From positions 26,516 to 90,515 of IMG/VR virus record IMGVR_UViG_3300002138_000190: DNA of 64,000 nucleotides; one strand, given 5' to 3'. This document shows positions 1-8,848 of this stretch, piece after piece (position 1 is the stretch's first letter; each line of letters begins with the position of its first letter). This DNA is from a virus. The notes beneath the pieces were generated by a model. The model worked only from the letters and a program-made list of their open reading frames with translations. It ran no database searches and was not told where the DNA came from. Position numbers and translations under genes: made by a program.

Positions 1-666
1 ATTAGGATGATCCATAGTAGGGCAACCAGAAACTGTAATTGTATCCCCTACTGAAAAATTTGGAAGATTGTCAACCCATCCATAAGAATTATTTGGACTA
101 ATCCATAATTGTATGGAGCCTTGTAATGCACTCTCTGGAATATATGTTGTATCTCCTTGCCATCCACTTATAAAAGAAACAAATGATTTGCATGAAGACC
201 AACCATCAAAGTATTTATTTGGTTGAATTTCAGGTTCAACTATTACTCCATTAGATGAAGATATTGTAAAACCACTTTGCAATGGTACATTATACGAGCC
301 ACAAAACCATTTAGAAAAAGGTGCACATAGGTTACAAACATAAGCATCATCATCATTTTCAGCAACATTAGGAAAATTTTCATCACCGTAATAAATTGTA
401 GCAGGGTCAACCTCATCACCATAGTATACAACTTGGACAGTTCTTTTATTTCTTGGAACATTTAAAACAAGAGATTTGTAAAGATTTAAAGCTTCTTTGC
501 CACAACAGGTAATTATGTCATTGTTTTTAACAGGATGAGATATTCCTGCTATATAAAATTCTTGATTTTTTAGTCTATATAAAGTATTTTCTAATGTGTC
601 AGGAAGTAAATCCCCAATTATTGATTGTCCTGTAGATACCTTAAATGTAATCATTGGATATGACAT
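1..666 (-). CDS. Hypothetical protein, probably virion-associated; runs off the window edge and is missing from the ORF track
   Basis: Manual translation from ATG at 666 (RBS AAAAGGA) is open for 222 codons to base 1: MSYPMITFKVSTGQSIIGDLLPD...GDTITVSGCPTMDHPN. It lies downstream of the major capsid gene. Confidence 0.75.
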   Translation of the reverse strand, partial: MSYPMITFKVSTGQSIIGDLLPDTLENTLYRLKNQEFYIAGISHPVKNNDIITCCGKEALNLYKSLVLNVPRNKRTVQVVYYGDEVDPATIYYGDENFPNVAENDDDAYVCNLCAPFSKWFCGSYNVPLQSGFTISSSNGVIVEPEIQPNKYFDGWSSCKSFVSFISGWQGDTTYIPESALQGSIQLWISPNNSYGWVDNLPNFSVGDTITVSGCPTMDHPN

Positions 667-725
667 AACATTCCTTTTACGATGTATAAAATTTTTCGAT
701 ATATTATTTAGTTTTTAAGTACATG

Positions 726-733
726 TATTTATA
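726..733 (-). promoter_or_regulatory. TATAAATA, T4-type late-promoter-like motif
   Basis: Exact T4 late consensus about 60 nt upstream of the ATG at 666; a second TAAATA sits at 705-710. AT-rich context makes a chance match possible. Confidence 0.35.
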
Positions 734-779
734 TTTTTTTTAAAATTATTTTTTATATATTTACAACCAATAAATCAAA

Positions 780-1022
780 TTATGTAAAAATAAGTTTCTT
801 AGAAGTTTTACATTTATGACAATAATAAAACTTATTCTTCATAATGTTTTCTTGAGCTTTATGTTTTTGAATAGTTTTATCTAAGTTGCAGTTTTTACAC
901 TTAATAACAATGATATTTCTGGAGCCAATAGAACAATAGGCTTCTCTGAATTTTGACAAGTTCATTTTATTTCTCTTTGTTTTTTTTATCCCCTTAAACA
1001 TTATAATAAAATTTTTTAACAT
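780..1022 (-). CDS. Small Zn-ribbon protein (CxxC...CxxC), possibly a homing-endonuclease remnant
   Basis: CKNC and CHKC motifs. The likely start is ATG at 965 (MNLSKF), because 1022 abuts the terminator. Confidence 0.45.
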   Translation of the reverse strand: MLKNFIIMFKGIKKTKRNKMNLSKFREAYCSIGSRNIIVIKCKNCNLDKTIQKHKAQENIMKNKFYYCHKCKTSKKLIFT

Positions 1023-1028
1023 GTCAAT

Positions 1029-1060
1029 AAAAAAACTCGCCTGTTTCCAGACGAGTTTTT
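1029..1060 (-). terminator. Rho-independent terminator after the major capsid gene
   Basis: Minus strand ACTCGTCTG-GAAA-CAGGCGAGT followed by a T-run: 9-bp stem with one G-U pair and a GNRA loop, about 25 nt after the gp23 stop. Confidence 0.8.
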
Positions 1061-1085
1061 GTTTTTTAAAATTATTGTGAATTTT

Positions 1086-2516
1086 TTACACAATAAAGTT
1101 TGCAATGGATAACCTAGCATAAAACTTGCTACCTTCACGCAAAAGTTTCTTACCATAACGAGTAAGAATACCTCGTCTTGGACAGAAGCTCTCAGGATCA
1201 AGAACGGTAGGAGTTTGTGTCAAAGGTACATATGGGCAGTAGAAATAACCGCTATCCATGTAACTATCACCCTTGTAGCCCATCAACAACTGATTGGTTG
1301 GGAACAATGGGTCTTTATATAATCTCCAGCGATTATTAATCGTACCAACATACTGTACACCTAAAGAAGAGGTGAAAGTTTCAGAAGGTGCAGGAGCGAA
1401 ACCAGCAGTTGCGGTTTCAAATACGCTTGCAACTTCAGGGGATGTTACGATAAAATTCGCTCCACCACGAAGAGTTTTACGATGAATAACATTAGATACT
1501 TCAGTTACCTTAACATATAAGGATTCATACTTTTCTTTAACGGTTTCGCCAAGAGCAGTAGAATAATCCCAAGCTGCAACAGTACCAGCATTGTTTCTAA
1601 GGTCAGTCAAAATTTCACGATCAATTTCAAGATTGATTTCTTGTGCCAATACAGCTGTCAATTCAGCTTCAGCATCAAGATTGTGTTGGCTACGAAGATC
1701 TTGTTGAGCTTCATAAGACCACACAGCTTTGAGCTTACGAGTCTTAGCAGCAATTTCTTCAGATTCAATAACAAGATTGATTTCAGGAAGATCCTGATTA
1801 CATTCCATGTTATATTCATAGCTAATAGTGGTATTATGTGTGCCAGGTGTACCACTCCAAGTAAAGCTAACAAGACCAGTAGCTAAATCTAAAGTAGCAG
1901 CTGTCACAGTTTGTGCTGGCGAGCCAATAGTTACTGGTATAAATACACCATTAGAACTAAAGCTAAAGGTTTGTGACATTGTTCCAGCAAGATAAATACT
2001 TCCAGTAATAGTACCAGCAAGAACTGGTGTGTGTTCTAATACAAAAGTAGTTGCAGCAGCAGCACCAGCATCAGGATGGTTTTCGTTTTGAACGAATTGG
2101 CTACTGTAATAGATGCTCAAGTTAGCAGTACCATCTGCTAATTGTTGCAAACTATTTGCATCATCGCCAGGAAAGCCACCATTGTTGGAAGCTCCACGGA
2201 TAGACCCCTTGTTAGAGGAATAACGGAACCTAAGATAGTATACTAATCCTGTAGGCCCAAGAAGGGGTTGTACAGAAACAATTTTATTAGCAATTAATTG
2301 GGGATAGATTCTTCTAACCAATGGAATGCTAATGCGTTTGAACTGAGCAACATCACTTGTGTCAGTTGAAACTTCGTTAATAAGTCTTTGGTTCTCAAGA
2401 AGCACAGCTGTAGCAGAACGGAGATAACGATCACCGATCCCATCAAGAATGCCAGTTGAGGACCAACGAGATTCGAGTTCTTTAGACTCGTTTAAAAATT
2501 TTGAAATAGTATTCAT
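1086..2516 (-). CDS. gp23: Major capsid protein, T4 gp23-like
   Basis: Motifs IPLVRR, SVQPLLGPTGLVYYLR, KTRKLKAVWSYEAQQDL, EINLEIDREI, GYKG, YCPYVPL, GILTRYG. Confidence 0.97.
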   Translation of the reverse strand: MNTISKFLNESKELESRWSSTGILDGIGDRYLRSATAVLLENQRLINEVSTDTSDVAQFKRISIPLVRRIYPQLIANKIVSVQPLLGPTGLVYYLRFRYSSNKGSIRGASNNGGFPGDDANSLQQLADGTANLSIYYSSQFVQNENHPDAGAAAATTFVLEHTPVLAGTITGSIYLAGTMSQTFSFSSNGVFIPVTIGSPAQTVTAATLDLATGLVSFTWSGTPGTHNTTISYEYNMECNQDLPEINLVIESEEIAAKTRKLKAVWSYEAQQDLRSQHNLDAEAELTAVLAQEINLEIDREILTDLRNNAGTVAAWDYSTALGETVKEKYESLYVKVTEVSNVIHRKTLRGGANFIVTSPEVASVFETATAGFAPAPSETFTSSLGVQYVGTINNRWRLYKDPLFPTNQLLMGYKGDSYMDSGYFYCPYVPLTQTPTVLDPESFCPRRGILTRYGKKLLREGSKFYARLSIANFIV

Positions 2517-2535
2517 TTTGTTTTAGCCTTTTAAA

Positions 2536-3438
2536 TTAAAGTTTTTTAATGCCAGATAAAACTAGCAATTCGTTGTTTTCGTCACCTTTTCCAGAGTTAT
2601 ATTCCGCAATAACCTGTACTTTATTGGTATCGACATGACCTCTCCCCGATACATTCTTTGCTTTCTCAGTTCTTTCTTTCTGTTCGCTGATAAATTTGTT
2701 TCTTTTATCAGATTTCGATTCACTATTGTTTTTGTTTTCATTAACATAATGATTGAATTTTTTAACCGATTCATGAAGTTTAGTGTTGTCTGTCGAAAGT
2801 CTAATATTTCTAGCTTCCAACAAACGAACTTGATTTCTTAATTCTTCAATAGATTTAGAAGCTTCATTTAATTTAGAAGAAGTAGCAAAAGTACATTCTT
2901 CGTTCTTTAAATAGCTAGAAGTAATATCAGCAATTTTGTCCAAGGCAAGCTTGTGTTCTACAAGTGCTGGATCGCTGAGGATATCTTTCTTAGCTTGTTC
3001 GTAAATTTCTACACCCTTTTGTTGCAAGAATTGATCAACTTTTTCTACAATATAGTTTTTCATTTCTGCAAGTTTACCATCATATTCTTCATAAAGTTCG
3101 GTTTCGATGTCTTTATTTTTTTCTCTTTCTGAAAGTAACATGCTATATGCTTCTTCATATCCTTCTTCAAGAGTTTTGTTAAACTCTTCAGATTGGAGTT
3201 CAAGTCTATTTCTGAGATCAGAAATAATAGCATATGCTTCTTGGTATCCTGTGTAAGCTGTTTTTTCAGCACTTTCCAAATCTTGAGAAAGTTGTGAATA
3301 TGCATCTTCAAGATTTTTGTTATATTCTTTTTCCATTTCTTCTTTAGCTGAACCTAACATATCCTGTACAGCTGAAGAAACTTCGTTGAATTGATTTTCA
3401 GGAAGTAATTTTTTCAAAGCTTCTGTAATTTTGTCCAT
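2536..3438 (-). CDS. Prohead core/scaffold protein (gp22-like position)
   Basis: Acidic coiled-coil protein of 300 aa located between the prohead protease and the major capsid gene. Confidence 0.75.
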   Translation of the reverse strand: MDKITEALKKLLPENQFNEVSSAVQDMLGSAKEEMEKEYNKNLEDAYSQLSQDLESAEKTAYTGYQEAYAIISDLRNRLELQSEEFNKTLEEGYEEAYSMLLSEREKNKDIETELYEEYDGKLAEMKNYIVEKVDQFLQQKGVEIYEQAKKDILSDPALVEHKLALDKIADITSSYLKNEECTFATSSKLNEASKSIEELRNQVRLLEARNIRLSTDNTKLHESVKKFNHYVNENKNNSESKSDKRNKFISEQKERTEKAKNVSGRGHVDTNKVQVIAEYNSGKGDENNELLVLSGIKKL

Positions 3439-3440
3439 TC

Positions 3441-4094
3441 CTAACCTCTCTTTAAATTGGAAGTATAATTATTGATAATCCCGCCTAACGCAGCAATTAA
3501 CGCATCTTTGTTAACTTTATCTATGCTTGAAGATGTATTTTTTACTGAATAATTTGGAATAAATTGTGGAGAATGTGAAAAACCTTCTCCAGTAATTTTT
3601 TGCTGAAACGCTCCGTGAGTTGATGGATCAGCAACAACATCAAATGTTATAAGCTTATATCCTTCAGATATAACCAAATGACCTTGTTCGTTTGTTTTAC
3701 CGCTACCAACACCACGACTACTTATTCCTGGTGGAATACCGTCTTCTAATAAAGCACGAAGGGTTCTCCCATATGGAGTGTTTAAAGTTTCTCCTTCGCC
3801 CATTAAATTATTGCCATCCCACCAAAGTTTAGTAATAACATGAGAAGCTTTTTCATAATGAACAATAGAATCAGTTGGATGATCAAGTTCACCAACTAAA
3901 CCTCTTTTTTTTATCAAATCACTTAAAGCTTCAACATTTTGCCTTAAAACATTTTCGCTGTATATTCTGCCATTTTTGTTAACTTCATTTACGGCTTGAA
4001 ATTTACCACGAAAACGCATTCTGCCATTAGAACCTTCGTTAATTTGCATATTAACATTATTATTTTGACAAGAATCTACAAGTAGCATGCTCAT
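3441..4094 (-). CDS. gp21: Prohead maturation protease, T4 gp21-like
   Basis: NKNGRIY, GELDHP (His), GISSRGVGS (Ser), ITFDVVADPS (Asp). Confidence 0.95.
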   Translation of the reverse strand: MSMLLVDSCQNNNVNMQINEGSNGRMRFRGKFQAVNEVNKNGRIYSENVLRQNVEALSDLIKKRGLVGELDHPTDSIVHYEKASHVITKLWWDGNNLMGEGETLNTPYGRTLRALLEDGIPPGISSRGVGSGKTNEQGHLVISEGYKLITFDVVADPSTHGAFQQKITGEGFSHSPQFIPNYSVKNTSSSIDKVNKDALIAALGGIINNYTSNLKRG

Positions 4095-4105
4095 ATAAAT
4101 CTCCT

Positions 4106-5803
4106 TTACTTTTCACTATCGTTAAGATGTTTAAAGCTTTGATCTAGTGTCATACCATTTTTTGGAAGATATGGGTTAGATAAATTAGGCCAAGTGTCAT
4201 TGCCCTGATTGGTAGCTAAATTATCAGAATCTGTAACATTTGGACTATCATCATTAATTTTTGGTTTTACATCTTTTAAGATGTATGGGTTTGAAAGATT
4301 TGGGAATATGTCTTTGCCACCAGATGTATGTGCGGAACCCATTTCAGCATCTAAATTTCCCGAATAGGATTTTCCGTCAGAAACAGGAGCAGCAGATTTC
4401 CAATCGCCATTGTATTTGCTTGGGAAAGCATCAACTTTAGCTAGTTTATCTGTATAAGGATTGCTTCCGTTTACACTTGTATGAACTTTGTCAGACACAT
4501 TCCAATCTTTTTGTGCCAAGGGAACATTAGATTCTACGATTGATGTTAAAATATTATTTGCTTCAACAAGAACATTGAAATCAATGTTTCTTTCTTTGTT
4601 TAAAATTTCTTCAACAGATTCTAGAACATTTTCAAGTCTAGCTTTAACAAGCTTATCATTTAAGCTAGAAGCAATTTTATGTGCATCAACTAAAGATGAG
4701 AAAGCATCATGAAACGCAGTTATTTCTCTGCGATAATCTTCATCAATTTTAGGATAAACAATTTCACTTACTTCAGCAAACTTTTCGTAATCATTGCTAT
4801 TTTCTAAACCAGCAGTTTTGAAAACTTTAGCTACACGGTCTTCGTAGATATTGTGAGCAGTACGAAGAATAGCATCAGCCATAAATTCACAACTTGAATC
4901 GTCATAATTGTGAGCGTTTGCGTTGTTTAAGCATTCTTTTACGATGCCAGATAATTCTCTTTTTGTAAAATAAACAATACTTGGCCAAGCACTTACAATA
5001 TTTTCTAAAGTTGCTTCAATAAGAGCAACATCAGAAATTGCATTTGCATGACGAAGATCATTCATAGCCTTGGAAAAAATATTTTCTTTGACTACCTTTT
5101 TCATTTTTGATCGTTGGTAGGTAATTTCAGAACTTGGAACTTTCCAGTCAAAAGAAAGAATTTTTCCTTCATTTCTTATTTTTAGAGTTGGAATTTTTAC
5201 TGAAACAATATTGTTTTCGTTGTCTTCATTTACCTTAACCATATTTTTCAAAGGAGAACCCTTTTTATAGTTAATTAGTTCTGCAATGTTTTCGCAAACA
5301 GCTTTCCATTCAACAAGTTTTCTTTTGTTAATATTTTTGCTGAATTGAGAAAACTCATTGATTTTTTCATTTTGTTTGGTTTCGACAATTTTATTTCTTT
5401 TTCCTCTTATGCTTTCTCTGAAAACTTTTTTATTCAAAGGAAGTTTGATATAGGAATTGAAGAAACTGTCAGCATTTTCATTTTTATCATCAATTATTGA
5501 CTCAAGCATGGATGATAAACTTTGCAATGAAGATATTCTCTGACTTTCTTCATTTACAATTAATTCTTTTATGTTTTCCAAAAGAAGATTTTGATTATCT
5601 ACTTTATAAGAAGCGTGAACAAAGTTACTGTCTGGTGTTACAAATGTAACTTCATTTTCATTAATACAATGTACAGTCAAACTTTCTACCTTCAATTTTT
5701 CGGCAATTATTTCAGCAGCTTCGTTTATTTCTTTCAAAGCTACATTAATAGATCTTTTTTCTAAGCCGTTAATAACATCTATGTCTATTAGTTTTCTCTT
5801 CAT
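4106..5803 (-). CDS. Probable prohead core or internal head protein
   Basis: Long ORF directly upstream of gp21; ATG at 5803 with RBS GGGAG (track start 5821). The C-terminus has repeated PNLSNPY motifs. Confidence 0.6.
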   Translation of the reverse strand: MKRKLIDIDVINGLEKRSINVALKEINEAAEIIAEKLKVESLTVHCINENEVTFVTPDSNFVHASYKVDNQNLLLENIKELIVNEESQRISSLQSLSSMLESIIDDKNENADSFFNSYIKLPLNKKVFRESIRGKRNKIVETKQNEKINEFSQFSKNINKRKLVEWKAVCENIAELINYKKGSPLKNMVKVNEDNENNIVSVKIPTLKIRNEGKILSFDWKVPSSEITYQRSKMKKVVKENIFSKAMNDLRHANAISDVALIEATLENIVSAWPSIVYFTKRELSGIVKECLNNANAHNYDDSSCEFMADAILRTAHNIYEDRVAKVFKTAGLENSNDYEKFAEVSEIVYPKIDEDYRREITAFHDAFSSLVDAHKIASSLNDKLVKARLENVLESVEEILNKERNIDFNVLVEANNILTSIVESNVPLAQKDWNVSDKVHTSVNGSNPYTDKLAKVDAFPSKYNGDWKSAAPVSDGKSYSGNLDAEMGSAHTSGGKDIFPNLSNPYILKDVKPKINDDSPNVTDSDNLATNQGNDTWPNLSNPYLPKNGMTLDQSFKHLNDSEK

Positions 5804-5988
5804 AATTTTTTTACTCCCCAATAGGTTTCAACAATAATTAATTCTATATATTGAAGAAATCTTTAATTTTCTTACAAAATAAATGATTTTTGTGATTTAT
5901 AATCTTTTCAAATATATTTTAAATTCTAAACAGTAAATAACTTGAAATCATATAAAGTTACAATATGTATTAGTGAAAGTTATAATTT

Positions 5989-6297
5989 ATGACATCTTTT
6001 AAAAATTTTTTAAATTGTAGAGAAGCATTTCAAGTTGGAGTTGAAAAAGATTACCAATATGACATGGAAGAAATATTTCAAGCAGCTAAATTTTATATTG
6101 TTAAAAATCCAAAAAAAATGAAAGATTTTTTAACTAAAGAAGCAGAAAGAGATGATGACTTGAAAAGCAATATTCACTTTTCATCTTTATTAAATAAAAA
6201 TAAAAATACTGAAGATAATCCTATTAAGCCTTTAGGAGATTTTGTTGGTTATGATATGGGTAAGCCAACACAATCTCCCATAGGGGATTTAGATTAA
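5989..6297 (+). CDS. Hypothetical protein with an internal-protein-like N-terminus (MTSFKNFL)
   Basis: 102-aa ORF in a gap, converging on 6294..7502. Confidence 0.6.
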   Translation: MTSFKNFLNCREAFQVGVEKDYQYDMEEIFQAAKFYIVKNPKKMKDFLTKEAERDDDLKSNIHFSSLLNKNKNTEDNPIKPLGDFVGYDMGKPTQSPIGDLD

Positions 6298-7502
6298 CTT
6301 CCTTTTATGGAAGCAATTTCTTGTAATATTTTTGAAATATTATTTTCATTTGACTTTAAAATGTTTTTAATCAAAGGCAATTCTTTTTCAATTTCTTGAT
6401 ATTGAAAAACTGTTTGGATGTTATTCTCCGATAAAAACAAGATAACATCTTTTCTTTTTGTTTTTTGGTGAAGTCTACCGTTTGGAAATTTATCACACAT
6501 TGGGAATGCAAGTTTAAAGATTTCTGGCTGTGATAAATTATAAGAAACCATTGGATTTCCTGGTATTTTAGTAATTTCCTTCTTATTCAATTTGTAGAAT
6601 CCTTTGTATTGACTAAAAGAAAATATTTTATTCTCTCTTAAAAGACAAAGAAAATCTTCAAGTGAAATTATTTCCTTGTGTTTAACTCTATCTTTGCCCC
6701 ATACCAAATCTAGAAATTCTGAGAATTTTATCTTATTGATTCTGTGAAAATTAAGATTGATCTTGTGATCAGGATTATTTTTCATGTAATCTTTGAAGTG
6801 CTTTGTAGATGTAATATTATTACTTAAGAAAATATCTTTTATTTCATCAATTGATGAAGTTTTAATTCTGTGAGGAAAATATTTATCGAAGAAATCGGAT
6901 TCTCCCATGTTAAATCTATCCCAAGGCCTTGAGGGAATAGAAATAGTATCTTTGTTTTCAAGATAAAACTTTCGGTGCATTCTACTGGAACATAAATTAT
7001 TATCTTGCATTATTTTTATTAATTCATCATCTGACACTTTATATTCTTTTTCACTCTTTTTAATTTTTGCTCTATCAGGTATTGCTAAGTCTAGAAAATC
7101 CCATGCTGGCATGTTGTATTTTATCCAAGGATTAGCATAAACACCATTTAAGTTGTCTTTGTTTTCGGTGTAGAATTTTTGGTAGTCTTTGATTGTATAG
7201 ATTTTATTTGATCTTATTATTTCAAAATGATCTTCAATACTTAACCTAGTTTTCTTAATGTAAATTGATTTGTTCCTAGTTGGGAAAATTTTATTAAAGA
7301 ATTGAATGCATGAGATATTATCTTGATTTAACAACCAAGGTTTTCTTGGTAATTGTTTCCCATCAATTTTACCTTCATTTTCCACACAAAACTTTAAATA
7401 TTTTCTGTGGTTATGTAAATTCTTTTCCAGCAGAATATTAATAATTTCTTCTATTGAAAAATCACTACTGTTTTTGTTAAAAATATGATTTCTGCTTGAC
7501 AT
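6294..7502 (-). CDS. Protein of about five tandem repeats resembling the phage-integrase repeat unit; putative DNA-binding protein
   Basis: Repeated units such as YQKFYTENK...YANPWIKY, HRKFYLENK...PSRPWDRF and YKGFYKLNK...PGNPMVSY. Confidence 0.55.
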   Translation of the reverse strand: MSSRNHIFNKNSSDFSIEEIINILLEKNLHNHRKYLKFCVENEGKIDGKQLPRKPWLLNQDNISCIQFFNKIFPTRNKSIYIKKTRLSIEDHFEIIRSNKIYTIKDYQKFYTENKDNLNGVYANPWIKYNMPAWDFLDLAIPDRAKIKKSEKEYKVSDDELIKIMQDNNLCSSRMHRKFYLENKDTISIPSRPWDRFNMGESDFFDKYFPHRIKTSSIDEIKDIFLSNNITSTKHFKDYMKNNPDHKINLNFHRINKIKFSEFLDLVWGKDRVKHKEIISLEDFLCLLRENKIFSFSQYKGFYKLNKKEITKIPGNPMVSYNLSQPEIFKLAFPMCDKFPNGRLHQKTKRKDVILFLSENNIQTVFQYQEIEKELPLIKNILKSNENNISKILQEIASIKGS

Positions 7503-7552
7503 TTCTTCTCCTTTGATTTAAAAGTAATAGTGTTATTATTGCAGAAATAATA

Positions 7553-8788
7553 TCAAATAGCAAGTAGTTCTTTTGATAATTCTGCAAAATGTGGAAAAGA
7601 AGTCCATTCTCCTTTGAAAAACTGTGATTTTCCTGCAAGATGGTAAATTAATAATATTTTTAAAAATTCATCTGTAAACAAACATGAGCTATTTGATTCT
7701 TTTGAATAAAAAGTTCTAACGAAATTTTTAATTTCATCATAATCTTCGTTAAAATCAGTATTTTTTAAATTGTTGTTTAATAATTGATTTTTAATAAAAA
7801 ACTCAGGTGTTCCTGAAAATCCAGCAAGTAAAGTACTCTTACAAATAATTTTATTTTCCATTATAATAAAAGGAAAATAAAAATGTCTCATCAGGGTGTA
7901 ATTTTTATCTTTGTGATTTTTCAAAAAACTTAAATCTTCTGTTTCAAATTTAAAATTTCTCAAAACACTTTCTGAGTAAAAACTAAGAGGTAAATAACAA
8001 CATAATAAATGTTGATTTTTAGAAAATCCACAAAATTCAAAATGGGCATGAGTAATAAATTCTGCAAAAGCATTGTGAATTGCTTTAAATTGTAATTGAT
8101 TGTTGTTTAAAATTTGCAAAGCTGATGTTGATGCTACAAAATCTAAATCGGTTTCATCCACATTGTCGCCTTCAACTTCTTTTTTAAACAATCGTTCACA
8201 AATTCTTTCAACAGCATGCTTGGAAAAATGAATTTCATACTTTTTGCCATCGGCTTCTATATTTTTAAAATGTTGATATGTTGTTCCAAATTCTGATTTT
8301 GTTGTTTCAAGCTTTAGAAATTTAAAATATAAATTTCTATTTAAAAATCCCATTATGTAAAAATATTTTGGGAAATGATTTTGAAATCCTGTTTTATTCC
8401 AAACAAAATTTTTAAAAAAGTTGATGATTGTTTGTGTACAGAAAAAATATAAATCTTTTTTTATTTTTATTTTTGTATGTTTTGAAAGCAATTCTACAAT
8501 TGGAAGTTCTAATATTTTTTCTAATTCATAGCTTTTAATAAAACAAGGATTGATATTATTTTTCTTAATGTGTTTTAGAAATTCATATGCTAATTTTTCT
8601 TGAACATTCTTTTCTTTTTTTGAATTAAGTTTAATTAAAAAATTTCTATAAAGCTTTTTAATTTGTAGATGTATTTTTTCTGGTGCATTCTCTATTGAGA
8701 ATACTTCTAGGTTTGGAAATTTATTAAGAATTTCATTTTCATTTTTTTCTTTTTTTAATTTAGCTAGTCTATCCTTTGACATAAGCAT
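7553..8788 (-). CDS. Hypothetical protein with an HAxER motif
   Basis: 411-aa ORF with RBS GGAG; central IHFSKHAVERICERL segment. Confidence 0.7.
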   Translation of the reverse strand: MLMSKDRLAKLKKEKNENEILNKFPNLEVFSIENAPEKIHLQIKKLYRNFLIKLNSKKEKNVQEKLAYEFLKHIKKNNINPCFIKSYELEKILELPIVELLSKHTKIKIKKDLYFFCTQTIINFFKNFVWNKTGFQNHFPKYFYIMGFLNRNLYFKFLKLETTKSEFGTTYQHFKNIEADGKKYEIHFSKHAVERICERLFKKEVEGDNVDETDLDFVASTSALQILNNNQLQFKAIHNAFAEFITHAHFEFCGFSKNQHLLCCYLPLSFYSESVLRNFKFETEDLSFLKNHKDKNYTLMRHFYFPFIIMENKIICKSTLLAGFSGTPEFFIKNQLLNNNLKNTDFNEDYDEIKNFVRTFYSKESNSSCLFTDEFLKILLIYHLAGKSQFFKGEWTSFPHFAELSKELLAI

Positions 8789-8848
8789 CTCCTTGATGAT
8801 AAATTTTTGTTTATATTACAAAAAAATAACTTAAAATCAAGGATTTAA

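Noticed and set aside
243-461. 72-aa ORF in the track
   Set aside because: Alternative frame inside the longer 1..666 minus-strand ORF, which has a proper RBS.
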